This document shows positions 9,590-19,305 of a stretch of 64,000 nt of DNA, one piece after another. The translations under genes were made by a program, and so were the position numbers. Source of the stretch: Flavobacteriales bacterium (GTDB taxonomy: Bacteria; Bacteroidota; Bacteroidia; Flavobacteriales_D; JBKBNH01); the NCBI GenBank assembly GCA_046295395.1, contig JBKBNH010000002.1, forward strand, positions 163,584 to 227,583, in the 5' to 3' direction. Numbering within the stretch: the first letter of the stretch is position 1; each line of letters opens with the position of its first letter. The notes beneath the pieces are model-generated. The model had not been told where the DNA came from and ran no database searches. It saw only the letters and a list, made by a program, of their open reading frames with translations.

Positions 9590-11734
9590 ATGGCCAAAAG
9601 ACATAAATCCGTTGACCGCAAGGGTAAAGTTAAATCTTTTTTGCGAAATAACACCGTAGAACTCTACAGCAAAAACCCAAATAAAGTATTCAACTACAAG
9701 CAAATTTGCGCATTATTTGACATAAACGATAGCTCGCTGCGCAAATTAATTAACGACATATTGTTCGAATTGCGCGATGAGGGGCTGTTAACACAGGTAG
9801 AAAGAGGTAAATACAAGTGGAAAGGAAGCTCTGCAAAACTGAAAGGAGTGATACAGTTTACCCAACGGGGCTCGGCTTATGTAATACCCGACAATCCCGA
9901 TGAAGAAGACGTATTTATTTCTGCCGAAAACACCGGCATAGCCTTTAATGGCGACCGAGTATTGGTGGAGCTGTTGCGCTCTAAACGCAGCAAGCCCGAA
10001 GGCATGGTAGATAGCGTGCTGGAAAGGGGACGCAGGGTATACGTGGGAACTATTGACCGCAAAAAAGATTTTGCCTTTTGTGTGTGTGACAAAAAGCACG
10101 TGCACGTGGACTTTTACATCGACAAAGAAAAACTGAAAGGCGCCGCGCATGGCGACAAGGTGATTGTGGAGCTTACAGGTTGGCCCAATCCCAAAGCAAG
10201 CCCCTTTGGCGAAGTGATGGAAATACTGGGAAAAACCGGCGAAAACAATGCTGAAATTCACGCCATACTTGCTGAATACGGATTGCCTTACAAATTTCCT
10301 TATGCCGTAGAAAAAGAAGCCGAAAAGATAAGCCGAAAAATAACCGGCCGCGACCGCGAGGAACGGGAAGACTTTACCGATCGGGTTTTATTTACCATTG
10401 ACCCCGAAGATGCCAAAGATTTTGACGATGCTCTTTCGGTGAAAAAACTCGAAAACGGCAACTACGAAATAGGCGTTCATATTGCCGATGTTTCTCACTT
10501 TGTACGCCCCGGCTCTATTATCGACGAAGAGGCGAGGGTGCGGGGCAACTCGGTGTATCTGGTAGACCGCGTGGTGCCTATGCTGCCCGAGGTGCTGTCG
10601 AACAATGTGTGCTCGCTTCGCCCAAACGAAGACCGCTTGGCTTTTTCGGCGGTATTTGAAATGGACACACAAAGCAAAGTGCATAAGGCGCATTTTGCCA
10701 AAACAATCATACACTCTAAACGACGGTTTACTTACGAAGAAGCTCAGGAAATTATAGAAAAAGGCGAGGGCGAGCTGAGTGAAGAAATTCTACTGCTGGA
10801 CAACCTTGCCAAACAATTGCGTGCCAAACGACTGGAAAAAGGCGCCATGGAGGTAGACAGCGTAGAGGTAAAGTTTAAGCTAGACGAAAAAGGCAAACCA
10901 CTGGGCGTGTATACCAAAATATCGAAAGATGCACACAAGCTGATTGAAGAATTTATGCTGCTGGCAAATCGTGCAGTTTCCGAATATATCGGCAGACCGG
11001 AAAAAGGAAAAAGAGAAATACCTTTCGTTTACCGCGTTCACGACACGCCTGACGAACAAAAACTGGACGACCTGAAGAAATTCATCTTTCGGTTTGGATA
11101 TAAGCTGAGGCAGGAGAAAAACAAGCCTATTTCTTATGCCCTCAACAAGGTGCTGGAAGAGGCGCGCGAAAACGGCGACTCGGCACTCATCAGCCCTATG
11201 ATTGTTCGATCTATGGCCAAGGCGATTTATACCACCGAAAACATTGGGCATTACGGGCTTGGTTTTAGCCACTATACACACTTTACCTCGCCTATAAGGC
11301 GCTACCCCGATCTACTTGTGCACCGTATACTGGAGCACGTACTGATAAAATGGAAGCCGCTCTATGAGGAAAAAATCCTGGAAGAAATGTGCAAAGCCTG
11401 CTCGCAAACCGAGCGCAAAGCTGCTGAAGCCGAGCGCTCCTCTACCAAATACATGCAGGTAGTGTATCTGAGCGACAAGGTGGGCGAAGTTTTTGACGGA
11501 ACCATAAGCGGAGTTACCGACTGGGGCATATATGTTGAGCTGAATGAAAACCGATGCGAAGGGCTGGTGCACATTAAGACCCTGCGCGATGACTCGTATT
11601 ACTTCGATAGCGACAAGTTTATGATTGTGGGCCGCAAACACAAGCAAACCTTCTCGCTAGGCGACCAAGTAACCGTAAAAATAAAAGGCGTAGATCAATT
11701 GGCACGAACCATAGACCTAGTGTTGATGGAATAA
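9590..11734 (+). CDS. rnr: Ribonuclease R
   Basis: N-terminal HTH/cold-shock domain. RNB catalytic core (FTIDPEDAKDFDDALS). C-terminal S1 domain. 714 aa. Confidence 0.9.
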   Translation: MAKRHKSVDRKGKVKSFLRNNTVELYSKNPNKVFNYKQICALFDINDSSLRKLINDILFELRDEGLLTQVERGKYKWKGSSAKLKGVIQFTQRGSAYVIPDNPDEEDVFISAENTGIAFNGDRVLVELLRSKRSKPEGMVDSVLERGRRVYVGTIDRKKDFAFCVCDKKHVHVDFYIDKEKLKGAAHGDKVIVELTGWPNPKASPFGEVMEILGKTGENNAEIHAILAEYGLPYKFPYAVEKEAEKISRKITGRDREEREDFTDRVLFTIDPEDAKDFDDALSVKKLENGNYEIGVHIADVSHFVRPGSIIDEEARVRGNSVYLVDRVVPMLPEVLSNNVCSLRPNEDRLAFSAVFEMDTQSKVHKAHFAKTIIHSKRRFTYEEAQEIIEKGEGELSEEILLLDNLAKQLRAKRLEKGAMEVDSVEVKFKLDEKGKPLGVYTKISKDAHKLIEEFMLLANRAVSEYIGRPEKGKREIPFVYRVHDTPDEQKLDDLKKFIFRFGYKLRQEKNKPISYALNKVLEEARENGDSALISPMIVRSMAKAIYTTENIGHYGLGFSHYTHFTSPIRRYPDLLVHRILEHVLIKWKPLYEEKILEEMCKACSQTERKAAEAERSSTKYMQVVYLSDKVGEVFDGTISGVTDWGIYVELNENRCEGLVHIKTLRDDSYYFDSDKFMIVGRKHKQTFSLGDQVTVKIKGVDQLARTIDLVLME

Positions 11735-12010
11735 TTTCTTTGAATACAACGAACCAATCAAAACTTGAAAAAAACTAAAAAGTCAACCCCCTGCTTTCTT
11801 CTAACTTCAAATCTTGCAAGAAAAAAAGCAAAAGAACATAGTAGGTTAAAATCCTACAATCAAATGACTGCTGCCAATAAGGGTTTATTAGCTCAATAAT
11901 TTGATTTTAAAAACTACCGTCTTCTTTTTGAGATAAGGTATTGCTCGTCTCAACTACGTTGTTTAACAAAAACACAGATAAAAAATAACAATAAACAACT
12001 GCACGCAACT

Positions 12011-12085
12011 GGCGGCTTGGCGTAATGCATCAAACCGTTCTGTATATTTGTAAGTGTAGGTGGTTTGGCACTACGCCAAGCCGCC
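12011..12085. other. Long imperfect stem-loop (14-bp perfect inverted repeat GGCGGCTTGGCGTA, extendable to about 23 bp) inside a 1-kb non-coding gap
   Basis: 12011-12024 GGCGGCTTGGCGTA pairs with 12072-12085 TACGCCAAGCCGCC. Inner CAAACC pairs with GGTTTG. The loop is about 25 nt. The flanks are not T-rich, so this is not a canonical terminator. Confidence 0.4.
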
Positions 12086-12775
12086 GTGATGTTATAGCCC
12101 ATTTTAAAAAGACGACTTCAACGACTGTTCAGAAATATTAATATTTATTGATGCAACAAATGTAAATTTATTTATTTCAGGTTTTAATTCTAAGACCGAA
12201 GAAGTGTTTGATGAAAAAGGTATTACTGTTCAACTGACAGAATTTTGGGAAGAAAATCAAGACGCATACGACTTTGACGATATAATAAAAAGTGTATTAA
12301 AAACAGCTTACAAAGAGAGCGAAAAGACATTATTAAAATCAAAGTATAAAGTGTTCTACCAGACGGAAGACGAAAGTGAATATAAACGACTATGAAAAGA
12401 AAAACGGGCTATAACACGGGTAGCCGTTGCACAACCTCTATAAAACCATAAAAAGTCGAGATTTTTACCCGAAAAACAAGTGGCTTATAATGGCTTGTTT
12501 GAGTTCATATAATAGTGCTTGCAATGAAGCTGCGCTCTTTTCTATTTTAGGGAGTTTGGGTTGCTTCTTTAACTTTTTTGGACTTGAATTTTAGGTATTT
12601 CTTTAGGTTGTAAACCAAAGCACTCATCAACACCTATTTATTGGCTGCCTTTATCCCCTTTGTGTTTACTCTTTTGAGGTTAATAAAATTGGGCGTGGTG
12701 CCAAGCACGGGTTCACTGCTTCGGCAAAGCAACAGAATTTACAAAGGCCTAAATCAATATATTCGGTTACGTTTG

Positions 12776-13528
12776 TTAAATCAGGTTTAGTCTATTCACC
12801 AAATCGTCTTTATAAGAACCACCAATTGGAATTACTTTTTTGTCGTTTTCCATAATGATGTTTGGCTGGTCTATGCTGGCTATTTTATCTAAACGCACAA
12901 TAAAAGAACGGTGTACACGAATAAAGTCGCGTTCGCTGAGTTTTTTCTCAATATCTTTCATGGTAGAATGGATGGTGTAGCGGGTATTGAGGGTATTTAT
13001 AACCACATAATCCTTGAGCGCCTCTATAAAAAATATGTCTTTAGAGTTGATTTTAACCAGCTTACTGTTGGCTTTTACAAATATAAACTCGTTACTCTCT
13101 TTATTATCTACAATGCTGTAAAGCAAATCTCGCTGCTTGAGCACCTCCTGCTCGCGACTGTGCTTATAAAGTGCCATTTCTATGGAAGTGTGCAGATCTA
13201 TTTCTTTAAAAGGCTTAATGATGTAGCCGTAGGGCTCAGTAACTTTGGCTTTCGCTAGGGTGCTCTCGTCGGCATAGGCCGTAAGGTAAATTACCGGAAT
13301 TCTATTGTTTTGCCTAATAGCTTCTGCGGCCTCTATACCATTCATTTGGCCTTTAAGCATGATGTCCATCAACACAATTTGCGGCTGTAGTTCGTTGGCA
13401 AGCTCGACAGCTTTTTCGCCCGTTGCTGCGCTGCCTACAACACTGTATCCGAGCTTCTTCAGGCTCATTTGTATGTCTTTAGATACGATGCTTTCGTCTT
13501 CTACTACAAGTACGTTTGCTAATGCCAT
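12776..13528 (-). CDS. LytTR-family response regulator
   Basis: REC domain (VLVVEDE...VLMDIMLKG). C-terminal LytTR DNA-binding domain (FIRVHRSFIVRLDKI). Confidence 0.85.
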   Translation of the reverse strand: MALANVLVVEDESIVSKDIQMSLKKLGYSVVGSAATGEKAVELANELQPQIVLMDIMLKGQMNGIEAAEAIRQNNRIPVIYLTAYADESTLAKAKVTEPYGYIIKPFKEIDLHTSIEMALYKHSREQEVLKQRDLLYSIVDNKESNEFIFVKANSKLVKINSKDIFFIEALKDYVVINTLNTRYTIHSTMKDIEKKLSERDFIRVHRSFIVRLDKIASIDQPNIIMENDKKVIPIGGSYKDDLVNRLNLI

Positions 13529-13549
13529 TAAAGTTTGATTTTTTTGTTT

Positions 13550-16500
13550 TTAACTAGCTGGTGCAAAGGTAATCAAATATTTGGTGCCTTTTTTAGAATT
13601 TACCTTTATCGTGCCGTCCAGTTGCTCTATAAGTGTATAAACAAGCTGTAGCCCGAGCGATGATGAGTTTTCTACATCAAAGTTTTTGGGTAGCCCTATT
13701 CCATTGTCCTCTATTCTTATTTGTATCTGGTTGTGTTCTTGTTTCAGGCTCAAGAATATTTCACCTTTGGCGTTGTTTGGAAAAGCATATTTGAGCGCGT
13801 TGGAAATTATTTCGTTGACAATTAATCCGCAAGGAATGGCCTGATCCAAAGAAACACGAATATTATCTATGTCTTTCACTAATTTAATGTTTGATGAATT
13901 AATGGCGTAAGTGTGAAAAAGATTGGTAATTAAATTATTGAGGTAGTCGGCAAAATTAACTTCCGAAAAATTTTTGGTTTGATACAGGATTTCGTGAATG
14001 AACGACATGCTTTTAATTCGGTTTTGCCCTTCTTTTAGTATACTGATGGTGTCTTTGTCGGTAACAAATGACGATTGCAAGTTAAGTATACTAGAAATTA
14101 CTTGTAGGTTGTTTTTCACCCTGTGGTGAACTTCTTTTAAGAGTATTTCTTTTTCCTTTAGTGATTCTAGAAGCTTAGTTTCTGCCGTTTTTTGTTCGGT
14201 TATATCGCGAATAATTACCAACACTTCTTTGTTGTTTATGTTTACATATCGGGCTTCAAAAAAGCCTTGTTTACCATTAACTTTAAGCGAATATTCGAAT
14301 GGGATTATTTCGTCTGTTTTAACCGCCTTTTTAATGTTTTTCAAAAATTGTTTACCCAGCTCTGGGTTAATAAGATCTGTTACTCTTCCGCCTATAAACT
14401 TCTCAGGTTTTATAGCAAGCTGATCTTCTGATTTGTAAAACACATCTAGATAGTATCCGTCTGCGGTCATTCTGAATATTAAATCAGGTAGCGCATTTAT
14501 CATTGCCTTGTTGTACTCTTCACTTTTTTTGAGTTTTATTTCGGCAACTTTTTTTTCTGTTATTTCGTGAATTAAGCCTGCTATTTCTATAATTTTTTGT
14601 CCTTTTACCCGAATGGGGGTTAAGAACATTTCTAGCCAGATTGGTTTACCGTATAATCCGTTTATACTACCCTGAAATTCTTGTACCTCACCATTTAAAG
14701 CGGTTAGGTAAATTTCTTTCATTGCCTTAAATTTATTGTTATTCATAAACGGTTTCAGGTATTCCAAAATTTTATCTCCGTTTTTAATATCAATATTTAT
14801 GTGTTTTTTCATTATGTCTATCAAGGCCGAATTGAACGATGTTAACTCCATGTTTTTATTCATGGTAAACATCATCATGTTTGAGGTATTCTCAAAGAAT
14901 GACTGAATTTTGGAAGATTGTTGTTTTACGAGTTCTTCGCTTTCTATTATTTTGGTTATATCTCTTAATACATCTCGCGAACCGACATATTTACCTTCTT
15001 CATAAACTGCCGTAGAAGACAGTTCTACAAATCGGTTATTTCCTTTTGCTGTAGTAATTTGAATGGTAAAGCGCTGTATAAATCCTTCTTTTCTGAGAAT
15101 TTTACTGTATTTAAGGCAATATTCAAGCGAATTGGGATGAACAAAGTCGTATAAATTTCCGGTGTGTACATTTTCGTTGAGTTCAAAAAGTTTTCTCGCT
15201 GCCTGATTTATGTCAATAAAATTATTTTTTTCATCCAACAGCAAAATAGCATCATACATATTTTCGAAAAGGCTACGAAACTTCTTTTCGCTTTCGATAA
15301 GTCCTTCTTCTGCTTTTTTCAATTCGGAAATATCTCTGGAAATTCCCATATATCCCACTATATTTCCTTTATTGTCCTTAATGGTAGTAGCGGACAAGTA
15401 TGAGGTAAAAAGTGTCTTATCTTTTCTAATATTAGTAATCTCTCCGAGAAATAAACCATGCTTGGTAATTGAACTTATTACTTTTTCAAAATCTTCGTAA
15501 TAATAATATAGGTCTGTGGCAGATAGGTTTATCATTTCTTCCTTGGTATAGCCAAATGCTAAAAGCGAAGAAGGACTTATTTGAGTTATCTTATTATTGA
15601 TATCGGTTGCCATAATCATGTCTAGAGAGGAATTAATCATGTTTTTTGTAAACTCTTGATTTTTAATTAATTCCTGCTGAGTTTTCTTATGATTCTCTAT
15701 TTCTTTGATAAGCTTTTTATTTGCCTCCTCGGCTAATTCCGCCCGTATAGTTTCGTCTTTTAGTTTTTTAGTTTGGGTTATATCTATGAGTGTGCCTTCT
15801 ATAAATGTGTCTTTTCCCTTTTCGTTTTTAACTATATAAACATTGTTTAAGGTAAAAATTTCTTTACCTGCTTTTGTTTTGTATCGTGCTTCGTAGTTAA
15901 ATAAAGATCGCTCTTTAAGTAATTTTTTTACGTAGTTATCTCTTTCTTTTTTAGAAAAATAAAAAGATTCTGATTTTACACTTTTCATTTCTTCGAAAGA
16001 CTTGTATCCAAAAATATTTGCAAAAGCAGTATTGCAAATTACCATTTCTCCATTAAGTCTAGTTCTGAAAACCCCCGTAATGTTGTTTTCAAAAAGACTT
16101 CGGTATCTTTCTTCTGATTCTTTGAGGTAATTTTTATAATGTGCTTCATCGGTAACATTACGCGCAATGCCAAAATTTCCAATGTGTTTTTTATTTACAT
16201 CGAATTGAGGAATAATTGTTTCTTCGATATAGATGTAATTAGAACTATTTCCCGGTAAAAAACGATAAGTGTGTTTTATTGGTTTTGTTGTATGCTTTAT
16301 GCTTTTAGAAATTTCTAAAATAGAGGATAAATCATTGGGATGATAGTATCTTATAAGTTTATTGGATTTTGAAAGGGTGATAAATTCGTCAACTGAAAAA
16401 CCAAATAATTGTTCTATATAAGGAGATACATAACGTATATATTTGTTACCCTTATCATCTATGGTAATATTGTAAACTACGTTATCTATGTTGTTAAGTA

Positions 16501-16897
16501 TAGTGGTTAGTTTTTCATTTGTTTCATTTATTTGTTTGAAAGCTTTTAAAGACTCTGAATTATCTATAATTCTGATTATAAAATAATCTTTTTTGTTTTC
16601 GTTAACAACGTTGATATGAAAATCAACCAAGCTTTTATTACCGTTAAAATCCGAAAGCAGTTTTACGCCTTTCCAATTTTTATAATTAATTAGTTGTTCA
16701 GTAATATCTTTAATATCGTTTTCATCTAAATGGATAAGGTTTTTTTCCCACCAGTTTTGGTTAAGTAAATTGTTTTCAGCACAAGCTAATAGCTTACACA
16801 CATAAGGATTAATAGCTAAAATTTTATAAGAATTCGCGTCAATAAGAAAAATAGCATCTGAAGAGGAACCGAAATATAAATTAAATTTAGACAGCAT
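13550..16897 (-). CDS. Multi-PAS/PAC sensor histidine kinase, HisKA_2 type
   Basis: About 890 aa of repeated PAS/PAC-like modules. H-box HHRVKNNLQVISSILNLQSS (HisKA_2). HATPase C-terminus. 22 nt upstream of the LytTR regulator gene. Confidence 0.85.
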   Translation of the reverse strand: MLSKFNLYFGSSSDAIFLIDANSYKILAINPYVCKLLACAENNLLNQNWWEKNLIHLDENDIKDITEQLINYKNWKGVKLLSDFNGNKSLVDFHINVVNENKKDYFIIRIIDNSESLKAFKQINETNEKLTTILNNIDNVVYNITIDDKGNKYIRYVSPYIEQLFGFSVDEFITLSKSNKLIRYYHPNDLSSILEISKSIKHTTKPIKHTYRFLPGNSSNYIYIEETIIPQFDVNKKHIGNFGIARNVTDEAHYKNYLKESEERYRSLFENNITGVFRTRLNGEMVICNTAFANIFGYKSFEEMKSVKSESFYFSKKERDNYVKKLLKERSLFNYEARYKTKAGKEIFTLNNVYIVKNEKGKDTFIEGTLIDITQTKKLKDETIRAELAEEANKKLIKEIENHKKTQQELIKNQEFTKNMINSSLDMIMATDINNKITQISPSSLLAFGYTKEEMINLSATDLYYYYEDFEKVISSITKHGLFLGEITNIRKDKTLFTSYLSATTIKDNKGNIVGYMGISRDISELKKAEEGLIESEKKFRSLFENMYDAILLLDEKNNFIDINQAARKLFELNENVHTGNLYDFVHPNSLEYCLKYSKILRKEGFIQRFTIQITTAKGNNRFVELSSTAVYEEGKYVGSRDVLRDITKIIESEELVKQQSSKIQSFFENTSNMMMFTMNKNMELTSFNSALIDIMKKHINIDIKNGDKILEYLKPFMNNNKFKAMKEIYLTALNGEVQEFQGSINGLYGKPIWLEMFLTPIRVKGQKIIEIAGLIHEITEKKVAEIKLKKSEEYNKAMINALPDLIFRMTADGYYLDVFYKSEDQLAIKPEKFIGGRVTDLINPELGKQFLKNIKKAVKTDEIIPFEYSLKVNGKQGFFEARYVNINNKEVLVIIRDITEQKTAETKLLESLKEKEILLKEVHHRVKNNLQVISSILNLQSSFVTDKDTISILKEGQNRIKSMSFIHEILYQTKNFSEVNFADYLNNLITNLFHTYAINSSNIKLVKDIDNIRVSLDQAIPCGLIVNEIISNALKYAFPNNAKGEIFLSLKQEHNQIQIRIEDNGIGLPKNFDVENSSSLGLQLVYTLIEQLDGTIKVNSKKGTKYLITFAPAS

Positions 16898-18432
16898 TAA
16901 GGTATATCGAGTTTCGGGGTAATTTTTAAACCGTCTAATTTATGTTCTATTCCATTTTTATACAACACAGTCATTATGGGAGTTCCATATTCATCATATT
17001 TTTTCCACTCTCCATCTTTATTTCCGTTTCTGTAAGAGCCCTCCCACATCACCTGTCCTGAATTATAGTAATACTTGTGCTTATTAATCGGTATTCCGTT
17101 TATATATTCTCCTTTAAAACTTAGTTTTCCATTATCAAAATAGTGTTCCCACACACCATGAAGCAAACCATCTCTGTATCCACCTATTTCTTTGTGATCA
17201 CCAAGCTCATAAAACCAATTTCCCTCTCTTACTCCACCAACATATTCTCCTTTAGTTATTACTGTTCCAAGAGAATCATATTCTATTACTTCTCCTTCTT
17301 CTCTTCCTTTTATAAAAGTTTCTTCTCGCCAAAGTTGTTTGTTAATATACCATTTTTTCCAAAGGCCATGGGGTAGATTATTAACATATTTTCCTTTCTG
17401 TTGAATCATCCCGTTTTTGTAATAAAAAATCCATTCTCCAACTTTATTTCCACTAGAAAAATCACCTTCAGATTGTAATTCACCGGTAGAAAAGTAATAT
17501 TTCCATCTACCTTCTTCTCTATCTAGCGAATCTCTTCTTCCTTGGGCAATCATAACATCATCTTTATAAAGATAAGTCACTAGCACTGTTTCTGTTGTAT
17601 CAAAATGCCTAAATATTCCGTGTTTTTTATCTTGTTTTAAACCTCCCAATATTTTAAGTTTACCGTTAGGATGGTATTCTCTATACAGTTCTAAAAATAT
17701 TGTTTCTTCAGATTCTTCATCAATAACACCTTCAGTAAATTTATCCATACTCTTCAGGCCGCCATCACTATTATATTGTTTAATCAATCCATCAATTTCT
17801 CCATTTTTAAAAGATCCCTCCCATTTTACCTTTCCATCAGGATAAAACTCTTTCCAAACTCCTGTTTTGCTTCCTTTCTCATCGTATCGATTAATTTTTT
17901 CTTCACTCCTTAAAAATCCGGCTAAATACGTCCTTAGAGTTATTATATTTCCGGTGGTGTCGTATTCTATTTCTTTGCCGTCTTTGTTGCCATCTTTGTA
18001 AATATAAGCAGTTTTAATCCTTCCATTTTGATGAAACTCAAAAGCTTCACCCTGTTTTACGTTGTTTATGTAATTTATTTTTTCTACCAAACAACCCAAG
18101 GTATCATATGTCCTAGAAACACCGTTTTTTTTATCTTCCTCGTAGTTTATTTCATACAAAAGTTGTTCATGTTCAGTATAAAAATACCAGATACCGGTTA
18201 GTTTGTGATTTATTCTGTTTCCTGCACTTTTTTTGTTTCCGTTGTCGAAATATGTAATCCAAAAACCTTCAGGTTTTCCATTTTTCATAATTCCTTCACT
18301 ACTTTTTACTCCATTAGGATAATAAAATACAGTATAACCATCAGAATTTATTTTCTGTGAAAAAGAAAATAAAGCAAAAAAAACAATTCCAAAACAAAAA
18401 ACGGTTTTCAACATATATCTATAAAAAATCAT
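16897..18432 (-). CDS. MORN-repeat (YwqK-family) exported protein
   Basis: Signal peptide. More than 15 tandem repeats of YxNGKxKxEGxYKNGKxDGxW type. Its stop overlaps the HK start (TAATG). Confidence 0.7.
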   Translation of the reverse strand: MIFYRYMLKTVFCFGIVFFALFSFSQKINSDGYTVFYYPNGVKSSEGIMKNGKPEGFWITYFDNGNKKSAGNRINHKLTGIWYFYTEHEQLLYEINYEEDKKNGVSRTYDTLGCLVEKINYINNVKQGEAFEFHQNGRIKTAYIYKDGNKDGKEIEYDTTGNIITLRTYLAGFLRSEEKINRYDEKGSKTGVWKEFYPDGKVKWEGSFKNGEIDGLIKQYNSDGGLKSMDKFTEGVIDEESEETIFLELYREYHPNGKLKILGGLKQDKKHGIFRHFDTTETVLVTYLYKDDVMIAQGRRDSLDREEGRWKYYFSTGELQSEGDFSSGNKVGEWIFYYKNGMIQQKGKYVNNLPHGLWKKWYINKQLWREETFIKGREEGEVIEYDSLGTVITKGEYVGGVREGNWFYELGDHKEIGGYRDGLLHGVWEHYFDNGKLSFKGEYINGIPINKHKYYYNSGQVMWEGSYRNGNKDGEWKKYDEYGTPIMTVLYKNGIEHKLDGLKITPKLDIP

Positions 18433-18873
18433 AAAAAAGAAAAGTTATTTAAAAATCTATATTGTTATTATTAGCTTATTCATACTGTTTAATAATTATA
18501 CCACTTTTATTTGTTAGGATCACTTATTAGTTTTAAGTAACACGTTATTAACACCTTTTAAATACATAATCACTTAATATATAAACACATGACACCTAAT
18601 GAACATTTTAGGTGATTGGTTATCATTGTTCAAATTTACTGTATTTTTTTTGGTTATTTATTGTTAGAATGATGCTCACAAGTATTGCATTAAAACTTTC
18701 TAAGTATTTTGGTTGTTAAACCTATAATATACATCTGATAAATAAACTCGACTTAACAAGAAAAAGTTCTACACTTTTTGAACAACGGTACTGACAAATT
18801 AGTAACAGGTTATAAACGCTTTTTAAGTTCTTATAATTATACTTATTTTTATACCGCATAAAAAAAATAAAAA

Positions 18874-19305
18874 ATGAAAATTGCTATCGGTTCAGATCAT
18901 GCAGGTTTTGAAAGAAAACAAACAGTTATTAAAACACTAGAAAAAAAAGGAATAGGAATTAAGGATTTTGGTTGTTATTCTAATGATAGTGTAGACTATC
19001 CTGATTTTGCTCATGCGGTAGCATCGGGAGTTGAAAAAAAGGAGTTTGATTTGGGTATTTTACTTTGTGGCAGTGGTAATGGAATTAATATGACAGCCAA
19101 TAAACATAGTGGAATTAGAGCAGCTTTATGCTGGAAAGCGGAAATAGCGTCTTTAGCAAGACAACACAATAATGCTAATATACTTACTTTGCCTGCCCGA
19201 TTTATTTCTGATGATGAAGCAATAGAAATAACAGCGGCTTTTTTGTCGGCATCTTTTGAGGGGGGTAGACACCAAAACAGAGTAAATAAAATTGCTTGTA
19301 TATAA
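18874..19305 (+). CDS. rpiB: Ribose-5-phosphate isomerase B
   Basis: MKIAIGSDHAGFERK...LCGSGNGINMTANKH. 143 aa. Confidence 0.85.
   Translation: MKIAIGSDHAGFERKQTVIKTLEKKGIGIKDFGCYSNDSVDYPDFAHAVASGVEKKEFDLGILLCGSGNGINMTANKHSGIRAALCWKAEIASLARQHNNANILTLPARFISDDEAIEITAAFLSASFEGGRHQNRVNKIACI

Noticed and set aside
12204-12395. 63-codon acidic ORF (GTG start) in the rnr-LytTR intergenic gap
   Set aside because: Non-ATG start, no recognisable motif and no coupling to neighbouring genes. More likely chance ORF within a non-coding region. Kept only as context for the structured-gap finding.
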